DNA of 64,000 bases from the NCBI RefSeq assembly GCF_006345805.1, contig NC_043024.1, positions 4,402,001 through 4,466,000 of the forward strand, read 5' to 3'. The translations under genes were made by a program, and so were the position numbers. This stretch comes from Octopus sinensis (taxonomy: Eukaryota). Below the pieces are notes generated by a model. It saw only the letters and a list, made by a program, of their open reading frames with translations, had not been told where the DNA came from and did no database searches. Each line of letters opens with the position of its first letter. Positions within the stretch are counted from its first letter, which is position 1. This document shows positions 38,535-51,735 of this stretch, piece after piece.

Positions 38535-39868
38535 TCGTCATCATCCGCTTTCCATGCTGGCGTGGGTTGGACGGTGCAACTGGGGTCTGGGAAGCCAGAA
38601 GGCTGCACCAGGCCTAGTCTGATCTGGCAATGTTTCTACGGCTGGATGCCCTTCCTAACGCCAACCACTCCATGAGTGTAGTGGGTGCTTTTTACGTGCC
38701 AGACGAGGCTGGCAAATGGCCAGGGTCGGATGGTGCTTTTTACGTGCCACCGGCACGGAGGCCAGGCGAGGCTGGCAAACAGCCACGATCGGATGGTGCT
38801 TTTTACGTGCCACCGGCATGGAAGCCAATCAGGGCGGCACAGGCAACGGCCACGTTCGGATGGTTCTCTTATGTGCCACCAGCACTGGTATCACAGCTAG
38901 TTTCCATTCATGTTGATCGATTTTGATTTTTGATTTTCTCCTGCCTCAACAGGTTTTCACAAGTAGGGTTTTGTGTCCCAAGAAGGAAAGGTATGCATAA
39001 GTGGACTGAGGCCATGGGTGATGGTCTCACTTGTCCTGCCGGGTCTTCTCACGTACAGTATACTTCCAAAGGTCTCGGTCTCTAGTCCTTTCCTCGGTGA
39101 GACCTGAAGTTCGAAGGTCGTGCTTCACCACCTCATCCCAGGTTTTCCTGGGTCTGCCTCTTCCTCTGGTTCCCTCAACAGCTAGGGTGTGGCACTTTTC
39201 ACACAACTATCTTCATCCATTCTCACCACATGGCCATACCAGCACAAACGTCTCTCTTGCACACCGCAACTGATGCTTCTTAGGTCCAGCTTCTCTCTCA
39301 AGGTACTTACACTCTGTCGAGTATGAACACTGACATTACACATCCATCGGAGCATACTGGCTTCATTTCTTGCGAGCTTACGCATATTCTCAGCAGTCAC
39401 AGCCCATGTTTCACTGCCATGTAACATGGCTGTTCGTACACAAGCATCATACAGTGTGCCTTTTACTCTGAGCGAGAGGCCTTTTGTCCCTAGCAGAGGT
39501 AAGAGCTCTCTGAACTTTGCCCAGGCTATTCTTACTTGGTAACCTAGGTAATGGAAGCTATCAACTATTTCCAGTTTTTCTCCCTGGAATGTAGCGGAAG
39601 TTGCTCTCTGCGCAATTTAAGTGTTTATTGCTCCTGAGCATCTGCCACATACAAAAACTATCTTCCAAGTTAGCCTTCCCTTGACGTTGCTGCACTGCTT
39701 GTGTGTCCATAGCTTACACTTGGTGCATCTTATAGTGTTTCTACCTACGCCTTTCCTACAGATCGAGCAAGGCCATCTACCTGAAGGCGTTTGTGACTTG
39801 TCTACCTTCCTACTTATTAGGACTTTGGTTTTAGCTAGGTTGAATCTAAGGCCCTTTGATTCTAAAGA
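38535..39868 (-). mobile_element. 5'-truncated RTE-clade LINE with PHD-like Cys insert, in the gene-5 intron
   Basis: Minus-strand frames read ESKGLRFNLAKTKV, WPCSICRKGVG...C.KCKLWTHKQC...CGRC, IVDSFHYLG, MLHGSETW...RRLCWYGHV; the 3' UTR ends in (GAT)n. The flanks rejoin the intron sequence seen uninterrupted at about 29100. Confidence 0.88.
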
Positions 39869-40402
39869 TGACTTCTACAATTTATGAAAACAGAAATGTC
39901 GTAAATTTGCACTTTTGAATATCTGCCTTTTAAACATACCTGATGTCTTATATTATTTTCGTATTCTTTCAGAAAATCACATGAAATTGGCTAAAAAGTA
40001 TTTTTTTACTTTTAAAGAATCATCAATATGTATCGTGTTTGAAAGACTCTGCAAAGATATTCTACAAACGTATTATCCTGCTTCTATAAAACATTGCTGA
40101 ATTACAGTAAAATATTTCCTCTGAAAGAGAAAGCATTTCTTTACTTCTGTGTCTTAAATGTGCAAGAGATAATTTTATCTTTTAAATATACTTTGATAGA
40201 TTTACAAAGAGTATTTGCGACATTTTTAAATATTGGCATTGATCACATTTAGAAGAAATATAAGAGAAGTGATATTTGTTTGGAATAAACTATAAAAACA
40301 AAAAGAAGAAAAATATCCATAAATTTTGGTAAGAGGAGAAATATTTTTGAAAAGTTGTTGATCTGTACAACTTGAAGGTTCAGTTTTATTTTTCTTGAAG
40401 AG

Positions 40403-41350
40403 ATGTCGGAAGAATTAGGAAAATCATCATATGACTGTGACATCTGCAAAGAGTCATTCTTAGAAGAAAGTAAATTCAATCAACACAAACAAATTCATGC
40501 AGGGGAACAACAATATCACTGTGATATCTGTGGTCTATCATTGTCTGATAGGAGTAGCTTTGCTCGTCACAAACGTATTCATACAGGGGAGAAACCTTAT
40601 CACTGTAGTATCTGTGGTAAATCATTCGTAAGTAGCAGTCAGTTAACACGACACATACGTACTCATACAGGAGAAAGACCTTATCCCTGTGATATCTGTG
40701 GTGAATCCTTCTCTGCTAGAAGTAGCTTAACTGAACACAAACGTATTCATACAGGGGAGAAACCATATCACTGTGATATCTGTGGTAAATCATTCTTAAG
40801 TAACAGTCACTTAACACGACACATACGTACTCATACAGGAGAAAGACCTTATGCCTGTGATATCTGTGGTGAATCCTTCTCTGTTAGCAGTAGCTTAACT
40901 AAACACAAACATATTCATACAGGGGAGAAGCCATATCACTGTAGTATCTGTGGTAAATCTTTTATTGAAAAGAGTAGCTTAACTAAACACAAACGTATCC
41001 ATACAGGGGAGAAGCCATATCACTGTAGTATCTGTGGTAAATTATACTCTATTTACAGTCAATTAATTGAACACATACGTACTCATACAGGAGAGAAACC
41101 TTATCCCTGCGATATCTGTGGTGAATCATTCTCTGTTGGCAGTAGTTTAACTCGTCATAAACGGGTTCATACAGGAGAGAAACCATATCACTGTGATATT
41201 TGTGGTAAATCTTTCTCTCAAAGCAGTAGCTTAACTAAACACAAGCGTATTCATACAGGGGAGAGACCATATCACTGTGATATCTGTGGCAAATCATTCT
41301 GTCAAGCAGGTAACTTAGCTACACACAAGCGTATTCATACAGGTGAGTAA
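40403..41350 (+). CDS. C2H2 ZNF gene 5 (315 aa, 11 fingers)
   Basis: Intact ORF; acceptor at 39971-39972; one more in-frame finger follows the TAA. Confidence 0.9.
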   Translation: MSEELGKSSYDCDICKESFLEESKFNQHKQIHAGEQQYHCDICGLSLSDRSSFARHKRIHTGEKPYHCSICGKSFVSSSQLTRHIRTHTGERPYPCDICGESFSARSSLTEHKRIHTGEKPYHCDICGKSFLSNSHLTRHIRTHTGERPYACDICGESFSVSSSLTKHKHIHTGEKPYHCSICGKSFIEKSSLTKHKRIHTGEKPYHCSICGKLYSIYSQLIEHIRTHTGEKPYPCDICGESFSVGSSLTRHKRVHTGEKPYHCDICGKSFSQSSSLTKHKRIHTGERPYHCDICGKSFCQAGNLATHKRIHTGE

Positions 41351-43367
41351 CCATATCGCTGTGATATCTGTGGTAAATCATTCTCCGAAAAGGGTATCTT
41401 GACTACACACAAATTTACCCATCATGGTGTAAAACTATATCATTGTGATATCTGCAGTAAATCATTCTGACAAAAACATCAGTTAATTAAACACAAGTGC
41501 ATTTAATTAAACACAGGTGCAAAGGATCCATAGCACAGTGACATTTGTTGTATAACATTCCCTCAGAAGGACAAGCTTGTACCTCAGGAAAATCTCTACA
41601 CATGATTGAAACGATGTTATGAATGTGATATCTCTAGTAAATCTTTCAACTCAGATCATCCATTATTGAATCAAAAGAGCATTGACAGAGGAAGGAAAAC
41701 ATATGACTGTGATGTTAAACCTGAATCATTCTTTCAAAATGGTGAATTGTTTGTACACAGTCCTATTAATATGAAAGATATAACTGTAACCTAAGCTATT
41801 CGTGCTAAATCAATCTATGAAAGTGATCAATTATGAAATGTAAATGCATTCATACAGAAGAGGAACCACGATGATGATGATCCTCATCATTTAAAATTCA
41901 CTTTTCCATGCTTCTATGGATCAGATGGAATTCATTGATGGAGATTTTCTACATCTGTATACCTTTCTTGTGACCAATCTTCACCTGTTTCCAAGCAAGG
42001 AAATATCTTCCCTGGTGAGACATATTTTACACAGAAGGCTGGTAGTGAACAACTGCATCAGTATGATGGTCATGATGGTCCTTTATAAGCATCACGTGGT
42101 ATCTAGGCAAAGGAACACACACACACACACACATATGTATGTCTCAAGAATTTCTTATAGGAAATATCTTAAATGTTTTCTCTACGTGTAAATGTTTGTA
42201 ATTCCTATTAGGAAATGAAACACATGTAATGCTGAATAAATAATATCAAACTTTTCTCAGGTCTCCTTATGTGATTTGTAATTGCCTTGCAAAAAATATT
42301 GTCCAAACCTCCCACAAAAATAATACACACACACACACACACACAGACAGATGTGGTGGTGAGTGCATAGTGAAAACGGTTTTGTCTTTTCATTGAAATA
42401 AATTTTTGTATCACCTACAAATTGAAATTTGTATTGGCTCTGACCCATCACCTTGGCTTATAAGTTACCAATGATACGGTTTCAGTGTATGCCATGTTCC
42501 TTTAATTTTTTACTCACTCGAAATTGTGACTCCTATATTTTACTATAAAATTTTTGTTTTCTAGAAGAAAAATTTGACCATTTCAATTTCAAAATGTAAT
42601 TTTATCTGTTTATGGGGGAAATGGAAAAATAAGAGTGAATATTTATTGTATGAGAGCTGAGTGTATAAAATTGTGCATAAAATATATAAGCTATATGAAG
42701 TGCATTGAGTCATTATTATATTCCAATTTCCTTCACTTTTCAATGAATAAGAGATGGGTGACTATCTTTTGATACAGACACAACACAGGCTACACTTTCG
42801 AGGTTTTAGATAAAGTTTTCAGAAATAACCGAATAGGTTTGCTATTAATTTCATGAAATATTCACAGGTCCCACTAGTTTAAGAGAATCATGTGGTGAGC
42901 TGAAGGTAGAGGTGAAGAATGAGAGACAAAGTGGGAGGGAGAAGTGTTAACGATATGTGGTGAAGAAGGAATACTTATTACTTGGTTAACAGGTTAGCTG
43001 AAGGGAAAAATGAAGAGAAAGAGATATGTTTAGGATACATTATTTGTGAGAGAGTGAGGTTAAAGAGATGGACGGTGGAGGCAGATAGGGTTTGTATTGT
43101 TAAAAGTTGATATAATCAAAAGACCTGAAATGAAACAAGTTTTGTTCCTGAAACTTATAGTGATGATGATGATAGTGGTGGGTTGATTGCGAAAAGGAAT
43201 TTCTTTTTTTTATAGAGACCGTTACTCAACACTTGCGCTTTGGTGCAATTATTACGGATGCCAAGTATATTTAACAAAGCTAAAGTTATGAATGCTATAA
43301 GAATGCAAATGAACCTCTGTTTCTTAAATAGGTCCTCTTAATTTTTTTAATTAATAATAAACTAAGG

Positions 43368-43520
43368 TGGCAAACTGGCAGGATCGTTAGCACATCGGGC
43401 AAAATGCTTAGCTAGATTCTTCTGACATCATTTATGCATTTAAATTCTTCCACAATGGACTTTGTCTTTCATCCAGAGATGGGTTTGATGAAAATGAGCC
43501 CCTTTTGAGCACTGGAATTG
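43368..43520 (+). mobile_element. SINE family B (degenerate)
   Basis: ggtggcaaactggcaggatcgttagcac...gactttgtctttcatcc. Confidence 0.65.
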
Positions 43521-43599
43521 AGATAATCAATTCAACACTTCCTGTGGAATTACTGCCTTGTGCCAATATTTGGAAACTATTCCAATGTCTTCGCTCTCA

Positions 43600-44260
43600 C
43601 CCGAGGAAATGCCACAACCATTTCAAAAATTATCAAAGAACCTTCCGGTTCAGAGAACTAGTTGTCATCATACCACTTTTCTCCTCCTTTGTACGGTCAC
43701 ACCTCGAATACTGCTGCCCTTTGTGGTCTCCCCATACAAAACAAAACATCTCGAAGATTGAATCACCCCAGAGGACACTCACTAAACGAATTGAAGGCAT
43801 AACTGCTCTCGATTATTGGGACCGCCTTAAAGCCTCGAAACTCGACTCTCTCCAGCTCCGCCGCAAGCGGAACGTCATTTGTATGATGTGGAGAATATAC
43901 CGCCCTGAACATAAGTTTCAAGGTTCATACAAGGCTGCGACCACGGACCATACGTCCCCTGCCCAATTCAGGATCACAGCATATAGGTATACTGCAACAG
44001 AATTTCTTTTCCTCAACAGGCCCTGCCCTGTTTAACATTGTCCCAAAAGAGGAAAAGGATCCCATCACCTTTAAACGGAGTCTGGACAGATTTCGACAAG
44101 GAATACCGAATAAACCACCCATACCTGGATACAACTCACTACTTGAATGGACCATAAACAAAACTTGACTTAAACAGGATTTAGATAATCCTATCAGGTG
44201 GTGCTATTAAGTTAGACATGGCCTGGACCAATCTTTAGTCGAAACATATCTAAGTCTAAT
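43600..44260 (+). mobile_element. CR1/L2-clade LINE 3' fragment
   Basis: VRSHLEYCCPLWSPH...IES.QR..TK.I.G...Y..RL...L.SL..RR. Confidence 0.8.
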
Positions 44261-44271
44261 TTAAAATAAAG

Positions 44272-44561
44272 TAGATCCGCATTTAAAGAATGAAGTTAGT
44301 TCCCCTTGTTCGTAATTAATTCTTCATCCTGTTTCTGATGCACCTTGATTGTTTGATCAGTTCCACTTTACGACTGATATTTAAGAGGAAAACCAACTAA
44401 ATATATACATGAAATATATAAAGAAGCAGATACGGTATTTTTTTTATTACATTGACCAGAAAAATATGAAGTAACGTTCGTTGGAAAAAGGAAGAAATTC
44501 TCTTGAAGCTGTCAGTGTCCGCTCTGACTCGTTGACTCTCTCTTTATATCAATTACTATGT
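44272..44561 (+). promoter_or_regulatory. Type-B promoter/exon-1 module of gene 6 (donor at 44560)
   Basis: Near-identical to 36685-37100. Confidence 0.6.
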
Positions 44562-45680
44562 AAGTATTATAAAGACATTTCTATTGTATTAAGTGTCATA
44601 TTACGTACATCTGTTTGTTTTCTTGTGTTGAATAAGTGAAAAGAAAGAATCTCACCAAAGAAAGACGAAATTATATGAAAGTAAGGCTGTTCTTTTAATA
44701 ATTAGGATGTAATTTTTAAGAAAAGATGGGGAATGTATAAAAGTACGATTGTGCACTTGAATTACTGAACCGAAAAGGCAATATCCGTTTACAGACGAAA
44801 TGAAAGGGGTTTGAATTGAAACACTAGAAAGTACCTAATTTGACCAAAAATAAATATAAAAACCCGTTTATATAATCTTTTGCTCGAAAATTTGTAATGA
44901 AGATATAAAAAAATATCGACATGACATATATATAGACATAATAATCAAAAAGTCACTGAGAATGGTTTTAAGTGTGGTTTCACATTTTTATACTTAGGAA
45001 ATACAAAACTGAATTAAGAGGAAGCATTATCTTATTTGAGTCATTATGTCGTTAAAAAAGAACATAATAAATGCTAAGAATTAGAGAAAAGATCAACAAA
45101 AGTAAAAGCTGATAGATTATCGACGAAGAGTCTCCAAGGTGTTTAAAACATTAGATTACCATTTATGGTAAAATTTTACTGTTATATATTTGCACTTTTG
45201 AATATCTGCTTTTTAAACATAATTGATGTCTTATATTAATTTTTCGTATTCTTTCAGAAAATCACATGAAGTTGGCTAAAAAGTATTTTTTACTTTTAAA
45301 GAATCATCAATATGTATCATGTTTGAAAGACTCTGCAAAGATATTCTACAAACGTATAATCCTGCTTCTATAAAACATTGCTGAATTACAGTAAAATATT
45401 TCCTCTGAGAGAGAAAGCATTTCTTTACTTCTGTCTCTGAAATGTGCAAGAGATAATTTTCTCTTTTAAATATACTTTGATAGATTTACAAAGAGTATTT
45501 GCGACATTTTTAAATATTGGCATTGATCACATTTAAAAGAAATATAAGAGAAGTGATATTTGTTTGGAATAAACTATAAAAGCAAAAAGAAGAAAAACAT
45601 ATTTTGGTGAGAGGAGAAATATTTTTGAAAAGTTGTTGATCTGTACAACTTGAAGGTTCAGTTTTATTTTTCTTGAAGAG

Positions 45681-46900
45681 ATGTCGGAAGAATTAAGAAA
45701 ATCATCATATGACTGTTACATCTACAAAGAGTCATTCTTAGAAGAAAATAAATTCAATCAACACAAACGTATTCATACAGGGGAGAAACCACATTAAGTG
45801 TAGTATCTGTGGTAAATCATTCTTAAGTAGCAGTCACTTAACACGAGACATACGTATTCATTCAGGAGAGAAACCATTTCCTTGTGATGTATGTGGTAAA
45901 TCTTTCCCTGAAAACTGTAGCCTAACTCAACACAAACGTATTCATACAGGGGAGAAGCCATATCACTGTAGTATCTGTGGTAAATCATTCACTAATGACA
46001 GTCACTTAACTCGACATATACGTATCCATACAGGAGAGAAACCTTATCCCTGCGATATCTGTGGTGAATCATTCTCTGTTGGCAGTAGCTTAACTCGTCA
46101 TAAACGTATTCATACAGGAGAGAAACCATATCACTGTGATTTATGTGGTAAATCTTTCTCTGAAAATGGTAGCTTAACTCAACACAAACGTATTCATACA
46201 GGGGAGAAACCATATTCCTGTGTTATCTGTGGTGAATCATTCTATCACAGAGGTAACTTTACTACTCACTCAAGGGTTAATACAAGGGAGAGGCCATATC
46301 ACTGTGATATCTGTGATAAATCATTCTCTGTTAGTAGTTGCGTATTCATGCAGTGGAGAAAACCTCTCCGTGATATCAGTGGCAAATCATTCTTTCAAAG
46401 AAGTAACTTAACTACTTACACAAGGGTTTATACAGAGGAGAAACCAAATCATTGTGATCATCATCATCGTTTAGCGTCCGCTTTCCATGCTGGCATGGGT
46501 TGTATGGTTCGACTGGGGATCTGGGAAGCCAGAAGGCTGCACCAGGCTCCAGTCTGATCTGGCAGTGTTTCTACAGCTGGATGCCCTTCCTAACGCCAAC
46601 CTCTCCGTGAGTGTAGTGGGTGCTTTTTACGTGCCACCGACACAGGTTTCAGACGAGGCTGGCAACGGCCACACTATGATATGTGGTTGATCATTCTGTG
46701 TTGGCAGTAGTTTTGCAGTGGAGAAACCAAAACCATATTACTATGATATCTGTGGTAAGACATTCCCTGAAAACAGTCGCTTAACTATACACATATTCAT
46801 TCATACTGGAGAAAAACATGTTCACAGTTATATCTATGGTAGGTCCTTGCTGGTTTAAACAGTTCTTTCCTTATGAAGTGGATTCATAACACAGTGATAT
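45681..46900 (+). pseudogene. ZNF pseudogene (gene 6)
   Basis: ATG at 45681; the first finger lost both Cys; a 1-nt insertion gives TAA after 38 codons; RTE tail inserted at 46459. Confidence 0.85.
46459..46671 (-). mobile_element. Young RTE 3' tail inserted within a zinc finger
   Basis: Flanked by cattgtgat (46450-58) and cactatgat (46672-80); the finger sequence resumes after the insertion. Confidence 0.85.
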
Positions 46901-47567
46901 TTGCTGTATAACATTTCCTCAGAAGGGCAAAGGAGAGAAATATCACTGTGATATCAGTGCTTAATCATTCTATCAAAATGGAGAATTATACACAGTCATA
47001 TTAATATGAAAGATAAAACCATACCCTAAGACATTTGTGTTGAATCAATCTATGAAAATGATCAATTATTAAAACATAACTGCATTCATACAGAAGAGGA
47101 ACCACGATGATGATGGTCCTCATCATTTAACATTCGCTTTTCCATGCTTCTGTGGGTCAGATGGAATTCATTGATGGAGATTTTTCCAGCTGGATGCCTT
47201 TCTTGTGACCAATCCTCACCTGTTTCCAAGCAAGGAAATATTTTCCCTGGTGAGACATATTTTACGCAGAGGACTGGAAGTGAACAACTGCACAAGTATG
47301 ACGGTCATGATGGCCCTTAACGAACAACACATAATATCTGGACAAGGGTACACACACACTTATGTATGTCTGAAGAATTTCTTATAGGAAATTTCTTACA
47401 TGTTTTCTACACATCTAATAGTTTGTAATTCCTATTAGGAAACGAAACACATGTAATGCTAAATAAATAATATCAGACTTTTCTCCATTGTCCTTATGTG
47501 TTATGTTATTACTCTGCAAAAAATATCATCCAAACCACACACACACACACACACATTATATATATAT

Positions 47568-47952
47568 AGGCGTAGGAGTTGCCGTGTGGTATGTAGCTTA
47601 CTCACCAACCACATGGTTCCAGGTTCAGTCCCACTGCATGGCACCTTGGGCAAGTGTCTTCTACTATAGCCTCGGGCCGACCAAAGCCTTATGAGTGGAT
47701 TTGGTAGGCGGAAACTGAAAGAAGCCCATTGTATATATATGTATATATATGTGTGTGTGTATGTTTGTGTATCTGTGTTTGTCCCCCCAACATCACTTGA
47801 CAACCGATGCTAGTGTGTTAACATCTCTGTAACTGATAGAATAAGTACCAGCATTACAAAGAATAAGTCCTGGGGTCGATTTGCTCGACTAAAGGTGGTG
47901 CTCCAGCATGGACGCGGTCAAATGACTGAAACAAGTGAAAGAGATAAAGAGT
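47568..47952 (+). mobile_element. SINE family A, full length
   Basis: Head AGGCGTAGGAGTTGCCGTGTGG, B box GGTTCAGTCC, internal (TA)(TG), tail and A-rich end. Confidence 0.85.
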
Positions 47953-48059
47953 ATGTAATAACCAGCTTCTTTGTTCAACTGATATACTTTCATTAGTTGG
48001 AGTGATGGAGCAAGAGTGGGAGGGAGGGAAGACGCAGAGAGAGGGGATCTTTCTTATAG

Positions 48060-48405
48060 TAATTCTTGTTTCTTTATTATTCACAAGGGGACAAACAAGG
48101 ACAGACAAACGGATTAAGTCGATTATATCGACCTCAGTGCGTAACTGGTACTTATTTAATCGACCCCGAAAGGATGAAAGGCACAGTCGATATACTTATT
48201 TCTTTACTACCCACAAGGGGCCAAACAAGGACAAACAGATCAAGTCGATTCTATCAACCCCAGTGTGTAACTGGTACTTAATTTATCGACCCTGAAAGGT
48301 TGAAAGGCAAAGTCAACCTCGGCAGAATTTGAACTCAGAACGTAACAGCAGATGAAATACCACTAAGCATTTCGCCCGGCGTGCTAACGATTCTGCCATC
48401 TCGCT
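48060..48405 (-). mobile_element. SINE family B with duplicated 3' segment
   Basis: Reverse complement of the 3680-3905 consensus. Confidence 0.75.
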
Positions 48406-48789
48406 GATCTTTCTTATAGTAATTCTGCCTGTCAATATGTTACTGAACCCATCAGTAATGCTTTCATGTGATCAGTGAAAAAGAGGGAGAGAGGATAAGG
48501 CAAAGAGTGGAGCCGAAAGAGAGAGAATTGATTGAGGATGAAGCATGCATGGCACGTGGTAGGGGGGAATGTAATAGTTATTTTATGGATAAAAATGTTA
48601 TTTTGGAGGTCGCTGCCACTTTTCAATTTTTTCCATTTTTGTTCCTATTGATTCCATATTTGGAGTATTGGTATAGTTTTGTAAGGCAATCATTGACATG
48701 AAATTCTTTTTATAGTTTGCAATCTTGGGTAATTTTAGCCATTTCAAAGCCACAGATGTATAGGTGCTTGTTTCCATAGTAACAAGCCA

Positions 48790-49685
48790 GGATATTTTCG
48801 GTTTGAACAGCAGTTTTTCTAGCGGTGTCATATGAAATTGTCACCCATAATTATGACCCTAGTATCAATCTATTGCATTTCAATCTGATTTAGGGTTAGG
48901 GGTGGGGGGAAGGGTGTCTTTTTTCTTCACAAATGTAAATAAACCCAATCTGTTTCTTAAACGAGGGACATATTCATACGGCACAGAATGTTTTTTCACC
49001 TCAATAGACGTTAGTGATTGGTTGAAATTGCAGAAATTGAAGAAAAAAACAACAAATATCTTACAAACCATAGAATTTTCTCAATAACGCCAAGAGAAAA
49101 AGATGTTTTATAAACACATTCTACCAATATACGAAGTTTAAAATTTTTTAGTTACCTAGAAATTATGTTAAAAAACAGCCATTCAAACCGAAAAGATCTG
49201 ATAATTTTAATATTTGAGGCATTCATCTAATTTTCCATGCAGAATTTCTTCAGTTAAATTGCTTCTTCCACAGAAAGTTGTGATCTTTTCGGTTTGAACG
49301 GCAGTTTTTTAAAATAATTTCCACGTAACCAAACACTTTTAAACTTCGTATTCTGGTAGAATGTGTTTATAAAACATCTTTTTCTCTTGGCTTTATTAAG
49401 AAAATTCTATAGTTTGCAACATTTTTGTTGTTTTTTTCCTTCAATTTCTGCAATTTCAACCAATCAATGACGTCTATTGGAGGTAAAGACATTCTGTGCC
49501 GTATGAATATGTTCCTCGTTTAAGAAACAGATTGGGTTTATTTACATTTGTGAAGAAAAAAGATACCCTTCCCCCTGACCCTAAAACAGATTGAAATGCA
49601 ATAGATTGATACTGGGGTCATAATTAAGGGTGACAATTTCATATGACACCGCTACAAAAAACTGCTGTTCAAACCAAAAAGATCC
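48790..49685. mobile_element. Two GGATCTTTT-family MITEs in opposite orientation (48790-49200 and 49284-49685)
   Basis: Each has its own TIRs; the internal asymmetry is mirrored, making a roughly 900-bp palindrome. Confidence 0.8.
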
Positions 49686-51544
49686 AAAAGTTGTTTTTAA
49701 GTTACAATGGCTTAAAGTTCGATTATATTTACTCATTCACAAAACAGGGTTTGGAAGCTATCATTTTGAGCATGGCAACACATGTCAAATATTTGTGAAT
49801 CTGTATTCTTCACACGGTAATTTTACTTTTGTTTCAGTCATTCGACTGCGGCCATGCTGGAGCACCGCTTGCAGTAGAACAAATCTACAACTCTCTCTCT
49901 TCTCTTTCCCCTCCTTAATTCTTTTGTTCCTCTTTTTCTCTCTCTTCTCTTCCCACGTGACCGATAGGCCAGACTGCTAGCCCTCTTTTTGTGTCTGACC
50001 ACGGTCAGTGCAGCATCGATATTCTTCCCTGTGTTTGTGAAAGCACTGTATCTCTGCCGTAAGGCTTCATTTCCACACACACACCAGCTGAATTTAATTC
50101 GTCCCCAGTCGAAAGACACCTGTTGTTATGTTCTGTTATTATTAATATTTTTATTGTATTTTGTATTTATATTTGTGTAACATCGTCTGCCTTTCCGTCC
50201 CTGTTTTCGTATACATTCGATGCTTTCTTCCAAGGAATCTAATGCTCTTAGCTTAGTTTTTCCTTGGGGCTGGCCAGATTGGAGCAATCTCAAGATTAAT
50301 CAGCTGAAATTGCGAAGATGATCTGGTTCTTTACTGGGGATAGAAAGCTTCAAATAACCCGTCCTTGTTTTTCATAAAGGAGCCGTACTTTGGTGTGAAA
50401 TAATTTTTTCCACAGGCTTTTTTGAGTGCATTCAACGATGCTCAGTCCAAACCCACCACCCGCCACATTCTTCCAGAAAAGAAAGGGGGAGGGGTGGTGG
50501 GGGACCTTGGAGTTTCCCCACCAACAGAGTTTTGTTTTGTTTTTTTTCAGGGTTATTTTACATGTTTTCAATGTATGACATTGAAATTATACGTAAACGG
50601 CTCCTTTCCTTAGAAAAAGAAAGATTCTGCCGCTATTTCTTGCATGCCCTGCTACCACATAACAGCTATTTTGGGTCCTTTATCATAAATAGCTGTTATA
50701 TGGTAACAGGGCATGCTAGAAATAGCAACCAAATCTTTGGAGGTGAGATACATTGAATGCACTTGAAAAAAACCTATGGAAAGAATTTATTTCACAGTGA
50801 GATTATGAACAGGTCTTTTACAAAATATTTACAGTATTTCTAAAGCTATTTTCACTTTAAAATATTTTTTAAATATACCAAAAAATTTTCATAATGGTAT
50901 TCAATAGAAAATAATAAAAAAATAAAATTGTCTGTTTAAAGAAAGCTAAAATATAGATACAAAAAAGCAAAAATAGAAACATTTCCTGTAAAAACAACTT
51001 TTTTTGTTGGCAAGTTAAGTCATAATGTGTTTAACCGAAAGGCTAGAAATTCTTCCTTTTCAGGGTTAAGTTATTTTTGGTGTATTTTCTCAATATGCAC
51101 TGTTTTGGGTATTTATACCCCGCAAAACTCCTAATATCTCAAGAACCAGTTGTCCAATTCACGCGAAACTTGTTTTATTCCGTTTGTATTCACGTCTCAG
51201 GAAAGTCTTAATTCTTAGCATTTTCCCCATTATGTGCCATTTTGGCTATGTACCATTGGAAGCAAGATTGAAGTTCATTTTTAATGTAATATGTGTGTGT
51301 GTGTGTGTGTGTGTGTGTATAGGTCTGCCTACTTACAACTGCAATACAAGTATTTAGTTCTGAATAAACCATTATACTTGGCACTTGTTGGCCAGGAAAA
51401 AGGCATTGATAGAATTCGTCAGTTGGCCACACACCAAGGTTCAACAGAACCTACTGAAGCAAGCCAATGTGCTTCTGGCATTATCACAGGCAAGAGCAAG
51501 AAGTCGACATCAAAGTTCGTACTGTTTTCAAATTTTAGCACAAG

Positions 51545-51735
51545 GCCAGCAATTCCACGTGTGTGTGTGTGTTTAATTGAATATGTCGATTCCAGTGCTC
51601 AACCGTTGCTTATTTCCATCAAACCCCAAAAGGATGAAAGACAAAGTCCACCTTGGCAGAATTTAAATGCAAATGTCATGTCAGAAGAACCACAGCTAAG
51701 CATTTTCCCCAATGTACTAACGACCCTGCCAGTTC
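51545..51735 (-). mobile_element. SINE family B (degenerate)
   Basis: ggatgaaagacaaagtccacc...ctaacgaccctgccagttcaccacctt. Confidence 0.6.

Noticed and set aside
41340-41352. AG|GTGAGT at the gene-5 stop as a splice donor to a downstream effector exon
   Set aside because: It arises trivially from the TGE linker codons, and no candidate downstream coding exon was found.
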